Below, piece by piece: positions 40,150 through 52,000 of a DNA stretch of 64,000 nucleotides (position 1 is the stretch's first letter; every line of letters starts with the position of its first letter). This stretch comes from Callorhinchus milii (lineage: Eukaryota). Location: positions 71,178,001 through 71,242,000 of the forward strand of contig NW_024704742.1 in NCBI RefSeq assembly GCF_018977255.1. The letters run 5' to 3'. Position numbers and translations under genes: made by a program. The notes under the pieces were generated by a model. It saw only the letters and a list, made by a program, of their open reading frames with translations. It had not been told where the DNA came from and ran no database searches.

Positions 40150-40515
40150 TCATGTCTGGCTTGAGAACATCGGCAGATATGGAGCTGCAGCTGGAGGAGG
40201 AGAAGTCAATTAGTGTGGCATCCGCATATATGTGCAAGTTTAACCCGTGTCTGCGGATGACATCGCCAAGAGAGCATGTAGATGAGGAAGAGTAAGGGGC
40301 CAAGGATGGAGCCCTCGGGTCCACCACAGTTGACCGGGCGGGGGTGGGTGGAGAAAACATTTGAGGAGATAAAGTGAAGGTGGTTTGTTAAGTAGGACTT
40401 GAACCAGGATAATGCGGTCCCACTGAGGCAGATGATGGAGGGGAGGCGATGGATGAGGATGCAGTGGTCGACTGTGCCCAATGAGGCGGTGATGTCCACA
40501 AGGATGAGGAGGCAG
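40150..40515 (-). mobile_element. L2 RT fragment
   Basis: TVDHCILI, WFKSYLT, GSILGPLLF, YAD. Confidence 0.85.
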
Positions 40516-40575
40516 GGGAATTGAACCCAGGTTCTCACGCTTGCGAGGCGTGTGCTCTAACCATTAAACTACAGG

Positions 40576-41300
40576 CTCACCTCCGGAATGTCACCAGACT
40601 ACGGCACTACCTCACCCATCACGCTGAAACTCTGGTCCACGCCTTTATCACCTCAAGACTGGACTATGGGAACTCTCTCCTCGCCGGCCTTCCCGGCACC
40701 TCCCTCCACACTGCAGGTCATTCAGAGCTCTGCAGCTCGTGTACTGTCCTGCACCAGGCTTCGCGACCACATCACTCCCACCCTCGCTCGCCTCCACTGG
40801 CTCCCCATCCCCCAGAGGATTGATTTCAAGATCCTCATCCTCACCTACGAGGCCATTCACGGCCTTGCTCCCCCCTACCTCTCCGACCTACTATCCCGCT
40901 ACCTACCTGCCCGTACCCTCCGTTCCTCTGTCTCCGGTCTGCTCCACATCCCCCGCCCCAACCGCCCTACCATCGGTGGCCGGGCCTTCAGCCTCTCAGC
41001 CCCGAGGCTCTGGAACTCTATCCCCCAGTGCCTTCGCCGCATCCTCCCTTTCCTCCTTCAAGGCCGGTCTCAAGACCTTTCTCTTTGACCGAGCCTTCAG
41101 CTCCCCTCTCGACTCTCTACCCCCTCCTCTCTCCCTCCCTTCCCTCCCCTCACCCTGACCATTTCCCCCCTCCTCGCTCCCTCCCTCCCCTCACCCTGAC
41201 CATTTCCCCCCTGCTCGGGTCCTGACCCAACTGTACAGCACCTTGGGACGTCCTCCTGACGTGAAAGGCGCTGTATAAATGGAATCTTGTTGTTGTTGTT
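40576..41300 (+). mobile_element. Young L2 3' portion
   Basis: Near-identical to 21529-22215; its tail abuts the GAS/ISRE cassette. Confidence 0.93.
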
Positions 41301-41302
41301 CC

Positions 41303-41488
41303 TTCTGGTAAAGCAAATCTTTTACCAGAAATCACCTGACCAGGTTATCGTTGTAAGTGAACCATATATAGTCATCAGCTCAAAGTGAAAGTGAAAACAA
41401 CATGTTTTTTACATTTATAAAGCTCACTTGCATCCTGCACCATTTGCCAGCCAGTAACAGAGACGACAAGTCATCAACCCAGGTATGT
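41303..41488 (+). promoter_or_regulatory. Putative IFN-responsive promoter and non-coding first exon, copy 1
   Basis: GAS-like TTCTGGTAA (41303-41311) and its exact reverse complement TTACCAGAA (41322-41330); ISRE/IRF-E AAAGTGAAAGTGAAA (41382-41396); TATAAA (41416-41421); splice donor CAG|GTATGT at 41482/41483. Confidence 0.7.
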
Positions 41489-41985
41489 GGATCTTGTATC
41501 ACAACAACTTGCTTTTATCCAAGTGCTCTTCATGTAGGATAGTGTTTTGAAGCACTTTAAAGTGATGGGGTCAAATGCTAAGCAAGGCAGGAGGGGAGAG
41601 GGAGGTGATCACAGGCACAGTCAAAGAGGTAGTGTAAATGTTTGAGTTCTTCATAATGTAAAACAAAGAGACTGACCAGCTGGATCTCAAAATAATGTCA
41701 GTACTTTAGCAACATGCTCTGTTGCCAAAATAACATCCATAAGTTGTTATACTATATATAAAACCATGACACATAGTTTGGATACAATTTTAGAGTCCTG
41801 TAATGTAATGGTTAGAGAACTAGCATCACAAGTGAGAGAGCTGGGTTCGATTCCTGGTGGGGCGAAACCTTAGGCAAGTTATCTTACTCCACACACCTCT
41901 GTTTACCCAGCAGTAAGTAGAAACCCAGTTAATCGAATGATGGATCGCTTTTCCTGGGATAATAATTCCTTAAAAAAATATGGTT

Positions 41986-42209
41986 GGTAAGAGACGCACT
42001 TGCCTTCCTGACAGACTGCAGTAAAGACTCCGCTCGCTGCATCCTCCCAACCACCGGCTCCTGTCACTGCCCTGGGAGGATGTCCATCAGGGAGGGAGGG
42101 AGAGAGGGAGCGGGTTGGAATGTTGGAAATGATCTCGGGCTGGATGCAGCCCACGGACTTTCTCAAATAGGGAATCCGGCCCCCGAAGCGAAACGTTTGG
42201 GCCACCCTG
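41986..42209 (-). mobile_element. Probable hAT-type non-autonomous DNA transposon end (duplicated at 44195-44418)
   Basis: Minus strand begins CAGGGTGGCCCAAAC...GGGGGCCGGAT, typical of vertebrate hAT MITE termini; it interrupts a SINE. Confidence 0.5.
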
Positions 42210-43511
42210 GCTTAGAGTATATCAATCATGGGTCGACAGATGGTCTTTCTCCTTCAGTGGCAGTATTGTGTTCTCCTACCGATGTGTTCACCACTTTTAT
42301 ACCTTATTTTCATGGCAACCGCTGACCAGGTCTTGCTTTTCCACAGAATCTGTTCTTGGCCAGTTCATGCCCTCTGTTTTATCTTTTCATACTAAAGATT
42401 AACCCTTTTACATTCCTTCAGACCTCATCAAAAATCAATGCTTTTACACCCCTTTATCAAAGTCCTTTGCTCATCCTGCTTTTAAGAGACAGATGTGCCT
42501 GGTACAATAACATTCTCCCCTCTCAAAGCTGAAACACTTGCAGGTTAGAGAACATCTCCTGCAAAGTCAAGTTTCCTTACTCCACATGGCTCTATTTATC
42601 TAGCAGTAAGTAGGAATGTGGTTGTTAGTCGAATGGCGGATTGCTTTTCTGGGGGTAATAAACCCTTAAAATAATAATAATAATTTGGTCACTCAATCCA
42701 CGACTGGTTGTGGGACACTGATGTCTGCAATTGGCTGCCGCATTTTGCCCACCCAATATACAGTCAATTCACTTTACCATTTATTCTGTGAAGCGCATTA
42801 GACATCTCAAAGATATAATAAGGGACAGTATCAAATACAAGGATTATTATTATTATTCTTCACTTGAATAGGCAGAGGATTTCAGTTTAACCCCTAGTTT
42901 AACAAAGGATTGCACCTCCGAAAATGCAGCACCACATTACGAAAAATACAAAGAATGTACAGCACAGAAACAGGGCATTCATCCCAACAAGTAATTATAC
43001 TCCATTAGTCTTCAGCCATTCCTTACTCCATCCCATACCCTGTTAATCCCCTCTCCTCCCACATGTGAAGGTCTAGCTTCCTTTGAATGCTTCTGCACTA
43101 TCTGATTCAGTCACCCCTTTGGGCTGTGAGTTCCAGAATCTCACTACCCTCCTCATGAAGTGGTTCTTAAATTCTCTTTTAGATCAAATCCAATTTCAAT
43201 CCAATTCAATCTCAATCCACAACTGGTATCTTCCTCCTAAACCTATGTTGTACTCTTTTTATCACTGCTATATCCTTCCTATAGTGTGGAGACCACAATT
43301 GGACACAATACTCCAAATGTGGTCTAACAAAGGTTCTCTTTGACCGTGCCTTCAGCTCCCCTCTCAACTCTCTACCCCCTCCTCGCTCCCTCCCTCCCCT
43401 CACCCTGACCATTTCCCCCCTGCTTGGGTCTTGACCCAACTGTACAGCGCCTTGGGACGTCCTCCCGACGTGAAAGGCGCTGTATAAATGGAATCTTGTT
43501 GTTGTTGTTCC

Positions 43512-43697
43512 TTCTGGTAAAGCAAATCTTTTACCAGAAATCACCTGACCAGGTTATCGTTGTAAGTGAACCATATATAGTCATCAGCTCAAAGTGAAAG
43601 TGAAAACCACATTTTTTTTACTTTTATAAAGTTCACTTGCATCCTGCACCATTTGCCAGCCAGTAACAGAGACGACAAGTCATCAACCCAGGTATGT
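43512..43697 (+). promoter_or_regulatory. Putative IFN-responsive promoter and non-coding first exon, copy 2
   Basis: Same cassette shifted by 2209 bp: GAS 43512-43520 and 43531-43539, ISRE 43591-43605, TATAAA 43625-43630, donor at 43691/43692. Confidence 0.7.
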
Positions 43698-45154
43698 GGA
43701 TCTTGTATCACAACAACTTGCTTTTATCCAAGTGCTCTTCATGTAGGATAGTGTTTTGAAGCACTTTAAAGTGATGGGGTCAAATGCTAAGCAAGGCAGG
43801 AGGGGAGAGGGAGGTGATCACAGGCACAGTCAAAGAGGTAGTGTAAATGTTTGAGTTCTTCATAATGTAAAACAAAGAGACTGACCAGCTGGATCTCAAA
43901 ATAATGTCAGTACTTTAGCAACATGCTCTGTTGCCAAAATAACATCCATAAGTTGTTATACTATATATAAAACCATGACACATAGTTTGGATACAATTTT
44001 AGAGTCCTGTAATGTAATGGTTAGAGAACTAGCATCACAAGTGAGAGAGCTGGGTTCGATTCCTGGTGGGGCGAAACCTTAGGCAAGTTTCCTTACTCCA
44101 CACACCTCTGTTTACCCAGCAGTAAGTAGAAACCCAGTTAATCGAATGATGGATCGCTTTTCCTGGGATAATAATTCCTTAAAAAAATATGGTTGGTAAG
44201 AGACGCACTTGCCTTCCTGACAGACTGCAGTAAAGACTCCGCTCGCTGCATCCTCCCAACCACCGGCTCCTGTCACTGCCCTGGGAGGATGTCCATCAGG
44301 GAGGGAGGGAGAGAGGGAGCGGGTTGGAATGTTGGAAATGATCTCGGGCTGGATGCAGCCCACGGACTTTCTCAAATAGGGAATCCGGCCCCCGAAGCGA
44401 AACGTTTGGGCCACCCTGGCTTAGAGTATATCAATCATGGGTCGACAGATGGTCTTTCTCCTTCAGTGGCAGTATTGTGTTCTCCTACCGATGTGTTCAC
44501 CACTTTTATACCTTATTTTCATGGCAACCGCTGACCAGGTCTTGCTTTTCCACAGAATCTGTACTTGGCCAGTTCACGCCCTCTGTTTTATCTTTTCATA
44601 CTAAAGATTAACCCTTTTACATTCCTTCAGACCTCATCAAAAATCAATGCTTTTACACCTCTTTATCAAAGTCCTTTGCTCATCCTGCTTTTAAGAGACA
44701 GATGTGCCTGGTACAATAACATTCTCCTCTCTCAAAGCTGAAACACTTGCAGGTTAGAGAACATCTCCTGCAAAGTCAAGTTTCCTTACTCCACATGGCT
44801 CTATTTATCTAGCAGTAAGTAGGAATGTGGTTGTTAGTCGAATGGCGGATTGCTTTTCTGGGGGTCATAAACCCTTAAAATAATAATAATAATTTGGTCA
44901 CTCAATCCACGACTGGTTGTGGGATACTGATGTCTGCAATTGGCTGCCGCATTTTGCCCACCCAATATACAGTCAATTCACTTTACCATTTATTCTGTGA
45001 AGCGCATTAGACATCTCAAAGATATAATAAGGGACAGTATCAAATACAAGGATTATTATTATTATTCTTCACTTGAATAGGCAGAGGATTTCAGTTTAAC
45101 CCCTAGTTTAACAAAGGATTGCACCTCCGAAAATGCAGCACCACATTACGAAAA

Positions 45155-45690
45155 ATACAAAGAATGTACAGCACAGAAACAGGGCATTCATCCCAACAAG
45201 TAATTATACTCCATTAGTCTTCAGCCATTCCTTACTCCCTCCCATACCCTGTTAATCCCCTCTCCTCCCACATGTGAAGGTCTAGCTTCCTTTGAATGCT
45301 TCTGCACTATCTGATTCAGTCACCACTTTGGGCTGTGAGTTCCAGAATCTCACTACCCTCCTCATGAAGTGGTTCTTAAATTCTCTTTTAGATCAAATCC
45401 AATTTCAATCCAATTCAATCTCAATCCACAACTGGTATCTTCCTCCTAAACCTATGTTGTACTCTTTTTATCACTGCTATATCCTTCCTATAGTGTGGAG
45501 ACCACAATTGGACACAATACTCCAAATGTGGTCTAACAAAGGTTTTGTATAAATTAAACATTACCTCCTAATACTTATATTCTATCCCTCTGGAAATAAA
45601 ACCCCAAAACTCATTGACCTTTTTTGTTACACCCCTTTATACACCCCTTACTTACGTGTGTAGCTACTTTTAGAGATTTGTGGATTTCAA
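45155..45690 (-). mobile_element. CR1 fragments (partly duplicated at ~42945-43335)
   Basis: [21 protein letters not shown] on the minus strand. Confidence 0.85.
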
Positions 45691-46064
45691 TTAGTTGCAT
45701 ATCTATAAATACTCAGCTTAAGTGCTCTGCGCCTCTATCCTGCATGAAGGGTGCTATATAAATGCAAGTTGTTGTTGTTATCCCTTTCTCTCATCTTGAA
45801 GAAAGACAAGATATTAGATTGTACTTATTCACAGACTCCTATAATTTGTAGCTTATTGTTTTGCAGGTTATTAGTTGGAAACTTGACCAAACATTCATTA
45901 CTGGCAACCTACTCTCTTCAATGAAAAACAATAAACCAATCCAGGGGAAGACTGTAATGATATAGAAAAAACAAATAAAACACGTATTGTTGCACCACAC
46001 AGCAAGCCAGCTCCTCTGGACACTGGCCAAGGGATCTGAGGAAGGCTCCAACCTGGCACAGGAA

Positions 46065-49000
46065 ATGGATGAAACTTTGCAACACAAGAAAGAATGGTCA
46101 CCATCTGAACTCCTAGGAAAGGCCTCAGGGGGTCTGGCACTCAAAGGAATCTTGGTCAGTGAGAATCTGAGTGACCTGCTACAGGAACGGTGCCCATTGC
46201 TGGAAGTGCCTGAGAAATGCAGCTTGTTGGGGCCGTCCATGATAGCTGTGGAGCAGACTGCTAGCTATGAGTCTTATACTCATGCAGCAAATTCCAAAAA
46301 GTCTCTGGAAAAGCTGGGAGAAGGATTCTCCAGCCAGCTTGAAGCAGGATTCTGGGGTATTAAAGTTGATGTGAAGGCAGAGTACAACTCCTCTTCCTCC
46401 ACCTCTGCATCATCCTCCACAGTCAATAAGAGCACCTACTCATCTTGGTGCAAGAAGGTCCTTTTACCCACAGCATGTGTTCAGTTGAAACCCACAGATC
46501 TGAAATTGTCAGAAATGGCTCTGAACTCACTGAGGGAGGTTGAAGACAATCTGCTATACAGGACAACAGATACGAAAGACACATTTTGTGATAAGTTTCT
46601 CGAACAGTTTGGGTCACACGTGAACAGCAGCAACATCCACTTTGGGGCCATTTACTTAAGGCAAGCAGAGAGTTCTGCATTGAACCATAAGGAGAAGCAA
46701 CTGTCAGAAGAAGTCATGACACAGCTGATCAACATGAACTTGGACACAAACAAATTTGGAGCTGGTAGTGCCTCAGTTACAGCCTCAGCCTCTAAATTTC
46801 AATCTGTCCTTGATAGGAAATACAAGAGCACTCTGCTGGATAAAATCTATGTTTCTATTCATAAAATTGGAGGACCTATTGATGCACCATCTCTGGCAGC
46901 CTGGACAGAAGGAACACACCTCAACAGCAGAACCTGGAGAGTGATTGACCGCGGATGCCCCAATGATCTGGTTCCTGTCTGGAGAATAATTCTGGAGAAA
47001 CACAGAAGAGATTTCAAGAATGTGCAGTTGCTGACCGAAGCCCTGCAGAGATGTTGGGAAACAAAGACTGGGCTAAAGGATGAAACTAGAGGCACTGTGG
47101 AGATGATCATTGTCCGCACAAGTATTCAGGATCTGGCCCAGGAAGTGGAGAAGTGGAACCAAGCCTCAGAATCAGATTTTGTTAGGAATTGTGCCAATTA
47201 CATTTCTAAATGTGCAAATATCAAATCCTCCCTGGGAAAACATCAGGCAATAGACACAGACAGATTGTGGTATGATGAGTTCATCTGTCGTAGCTCTGTT
47301 CAGAAGTTCCTCAGTAAAGTTTTAAAGTGCGCGAGCAGCGAGGATGAAGTTTACCTGAAAATTCGTGTTCTCGATCTCCTGAAACCTCAGGAAATGATAA
47401 GCGTTAAGGATTTTCCAAACATTTCAGAGATCCTACAGCAACTAACCAACCATCCCTACAGAGAGCGAGAGCTGTCATTCTCCAGCGCTGAGGAGGCAAA
47501 GCAATACATCTTGAAGCTGGAGATGAAATTCCGAGTTGCTGATACTGGGATTGAGTTAGAAGCTAGTGCCCGCAATCAACTGGGAAAAGCATTGTTTGAG
47601 CTGCAACTGTTTTACAAACGAAACAACTCTCTATATGCCTCTCTTCTTCTCCCAGCAATACTGCATCCAATCTCCTATAACGCCGATGGAACAATGAACC
47701 GGTGTCTCGAAGACAGTGACTGGAAATATCTCATCTCTCAGTTGGATAGAATTGAGAGTTTCAGAGAAGAATTGCAGAACAAGGGGAGTGAAGAGCAGCA
47801 AGCCTTTCTGTTGTACACAGCTCTGTCTGCCAGGGAGGAATGTAAGCATGTGCAGTCAGATGATGCCAATATTACAGCTGTGTTGCAGATGTTGTGTAAA
47901 CAATTGAACCAAGAGATGCTTCCACGGGTTCGTGAAGCTATAATGACAAACAATAGAACCATTATAACAGATGCGAAACTTATGAAAGAAACATTACAAA
48001 GTTTGTCAAGCAAAGCAATCCCGGGACCTCAATTGAGTGAATCACTGTCAGAATTTGGTGATAGCTTTCCTTGCCAGAACACAGCATCTCCCAGTGATCT
48101 CAATGACATCCAGACTGGCCCATCCAATTCATCGAATAGTGGACCTCCCCCAAAGATGCTAACTGACCTGGGATTGCTTGATTACTATCCGAGGAAACTT
48201 TCCCTGAGGCAGATGCGAGGGATCAGCGCTGATAAATTAAAGGACATTAAACCCACTGGACCTGAAGGAATCCCCTGGCACTTTCTCCAGAGAGTCCTGA
48301 TGGCTAATTCAACAGCGAGGAATCCTGACTGGCCGCTCATCCAACAGCTGGAAAATCGCTTGGATGTTGATGAGGATTTTGCTGATTTCTTTGAGGACAA
48401 AAAAAGACAAGTAACCGGAATTAATCCACTGGATGTCACAGTTGCTACTTTTCTCTGTGCAGATCACTTCCTGAGGCAGGAGCTGATGCTCAAAATGTCC
48501 CTGTGCCAGTTTGCATTGCCTTTTCTGCTGCCAGACGGGGACACTGCCATCTTCCTCCTCTGGGCCATGCGCTCCATTGTTAAACAGTGGCGCCCGCAGT
48601 CTCTAGTGGGCAATTGTGGGTTTGTAGAGGATAACATTGTGACCTCAGCCTTGCCAACCTTCTCCTTTATCAGACTGGGACGGTGCACTGTCTCCAAATC
48701 GAAAATCCTGAATCTCACCTTGAGCCGCTCCGAGCAGCAGCAGAATTTCTTCCTGCACTCCCAGATGGAATACAGTGACCAGCCCCGGGAAATGTCTGAT
48801 GGACTGGTTGAGATCTGCTGGTATCTGCCTTGTGGGAAGGTGAACCTGGATATCTTGCCGGAGGCCTGCGCATTTATTAACCTCCGTGGTGAGGGTAAAG
48901 CTCACCAGAAACAGGCTCGGTTCCTCGCCAAAGTCTCCAATGCTCTCTTTGTTTTCATTGACGTTGTTGGTGAAGAGGAAAGAGAGTTTCTGACTTCTCT

Positions 49001-52000
49001 CACACCATCACCTACACAATTTTTCCTTATAACAAACTCCAGCGGCAATGAGCAGAAAGTCACCCCGCAGCAGATGAGGGAACTGTTCAAATCCCTGAAT
49101 TTGCAGAGTCACCAGCTGCTGGTACGGAAGGACAAGAACGATGCCCAGTTCGTGGAAATCCTTCGCTCCAAAATCAAGAGCCTCCTCACACTCGGGGAAG
49201 TGGGGCAGCGAGGGCTGGAAGAAATGGCTATAGTAGCGAGGGAAAGCGGGATTTGCATTGATGAAGATGAGCCTGAAATCAACCGAGGGAAACAACTGGC
49301 CAACAATATACTGATAGACATTCACTCCAGAGACATTGCAGAGTATAAACAAACGGCGCTACCCTTTCAGGGAAAGCTCTGGCAAGAATGGTCCAAAGCT
49401 GAGAAAGAGAAGTGCCGAATGAAACACTGCCAGAATAAGCCCATGGAGCTGTACGGACATGAATTGAATCAAAAGCAAAATCAGATCCGCAAAATCCAGA
49501 GTGAGAAGAATGTGAGTGAGGAGATGAAACAGTTCATTGCTGCCCTGAAGAAAACCTCTGAGGCCGAGCAGGGCTTTTTTATGCAATGGCTGAAGTTGGG
49601 CCTGGACAGAAAATCGCGACAAATTATATCGAAGCTTCGGGTTCAATCTAAAACACTACATAAAAATTCCAAGGAATCAAGTACAGAGTTGAATGAGTTG
49701 GATCAGAAAATAGCTGACAGCTCCCTGGGGCTAGAGCACTTCATGCGAGAACTCAGTCAGATTTACGAGATTTGCGCTACTCTGGGTAAAGAGAGGATTT
49801 CAGAAAATACATTGAGTATGTTACCTGGTGTAGCTGCTGATCTGATGCTGGGTGGGTTCCCTCTGGAGCTCATTGATGGAGATGTCTCCAATATTCCTAT
49901 GCAGTGGGTGACTGCGGTGTTGAAGGGAGTTACTAGGAGGGTGGGAAATGATTGCCGTATATTTGTGTTGACGGTGCTTGGTGTGCAGAGCACAGGGAAG
50001 TCCACACTCCTGAACACAATGTTCGGATTGCAGTTTGCTGTAAGCAGTGGTCGGTGCACACGTGGTGCTTACATGCAACTCATTAAACTCACAGGCGGCC
50101 TGGAGACTGAACTGGGCAGTGATTTCATCCTGGTGATCGACACCGAGGGGTTGAAAGCCCCAGAGCTGGCAAGTCTCGGGGACAGCTATGAGCATGACAA
50201 TGAGCTGGCCACGTTGGTGATTGGACTCAGTGATGTGACCTTAGTGAATATGTCCATGGAAAACTCCACAGAAATGAAGGATATTCTGCAAATTGTGGTC
50301 CATTCGTTCATTCGCATGAGGGCAACGGGGAAAAAGCCAATTTGCCAATTTGTTCACCAGAATGTGGCTGGCGTGTCAGCTCATGATCAGACCCTGAGAG
50401 ATCGACAGAAACTCCTGAAACAGCTGGATGAGATGACAGAGGCTGCTGCTCGGATGGAGAAATTGCAGCGAGTCACGTTCTGCGATGTGCTGGACTATGA
50501 CACTGATAGGAACAATTGGTATATCCCTGGGTTGTGGCACGGAGTCCCTCCAATGGCAGCAGTGAACACTGGCTACAGTGAACATGTCTTTGAGCTGAAG
50601 AAATCTCTTTTCACTTGCTTTTCAAACTGCAACAAAAAGCAAAAGGCTTTAACAATCCCCAACTTCATCAAATGGATGTCTGGCCTCTGGGACCAGATCA
50701 AACATGAAAATTTCATTTTCAGCTTCCAGAACAGCTTGGTCGCTGAGGCTTACAGTCAGCTCTCCAGGAACTACTCAGCCTGGGATTTGGAGATCCGGAC
50801 ATTTGCCCATACCTGGACAATTGAGACTGAAAACAGAATAAAGAACACAAACACTGAGGAATTCCCTCATCAGTCCCTCACCCTGGAGATCACCACAAAA
50901 ATGGAGGAAAAGAAGAATGAGATCCTCAACAAACTTGAGGAGTACTATGAAAGCAGAGATCATAACGTCCACCTCATGGAATCTTACAGGGAGCAATTTC
51001 GAATAAGTATCCAGTCTTTGTGCAGCCAACTTCAGAATGAATCAACACAGAAATGTGAAGAGGTTATCCGAAGACGTGAGGCATTGGATAAAGTGGATAA
51101 GATTTGGGATGAATATAATAAGCAAATCGAGGATGAAGTGATGATACTTTTGCAATACTGCAAAAAAGATGGGAAGGAGATGGATGATTGTAAACTTGAG
51201 GAGGAGTTCAAAAGGATGTGGCAGAGAACTCTCGAGAAGCTGAGCTACCGACCCTCTAAAGAAACAAATATTGAGGCTGATGTTGAAAATCTCCTGAGAA
51301 AGAACATGCCAACACAGGGGAAAGTGATCAGTGAGGCTCTGAGGGGGAAAGTCCTTTCAAAACTGGGGCTTCACATGTTTGATGTGAAGAAGAAACATAT
51401 TGATCAGAAAATAGGGATCAACATGCTTGTGGGATTCATAGTAGAAACTTCAGAAGTTAAAAAGGCAAGATTGCTGTCAAAGTGCCTGGAGGAAGAATGT
51501 AAAGAAGACATAGATAGTATCACAAAAAAGGACGTGGATTACGACAGTAAATATTGTGTTGACATTTTGTGGAACTTGGACAAAAATATAGAAAACAATT
51601 CAGAACCGGAGTTTAAGATGAGTGAAATTTATAAGGCGGAATTCAAGCTCCACATGTGTGGCTACGCTGCTCAAAAATTCAAAGTCATGCACAACGTGTT
51701 TGTCAACAAGCACAACCCATGGAAGAGGATGGAAAATATGGAGAATCAATACTTTGAGCTTTTCAAGCAGATTTACACAAAGCAGGACATGACTGAAAAA
51801 GGAGCAGAAAGATTTGCCAAGAATTGTTTCATTCCGGCCGTCAGGGAAGCCATTCTCAACTGTCTCGGGCACAGAATTGTGCTTGACATGAAAAAAAATG
51901 ATTCCAGCGGGGAGTACAGCAATCGCAATAGCTTCACTGTGGCTCTGCTCGTCCACCTAAAACAGCAGGACAAATTTGACCAATATCTTAATTACATCAA

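Larger units (their letters stand above)
41081..45544. repeat. Direct tandem duplication, unit 1 41081-43335 and unit 2 43336-45544
   Basis: Near-identical sequence at a 2209-bp offset (identical ORF translations at 41903/44112 and 41984/44193) with scattered substitutions. The junction at 43334-43336 joins a CR1 fragment to an L2 3' end over a TT microhomology. Confidence 0.95.

Noticed and set aside
45987..45989. TTG start used by the ORF track
   Set aside because: Non-ATG start in a vertebrate gene; ATG at 46065 or an upstream exon is more plausible
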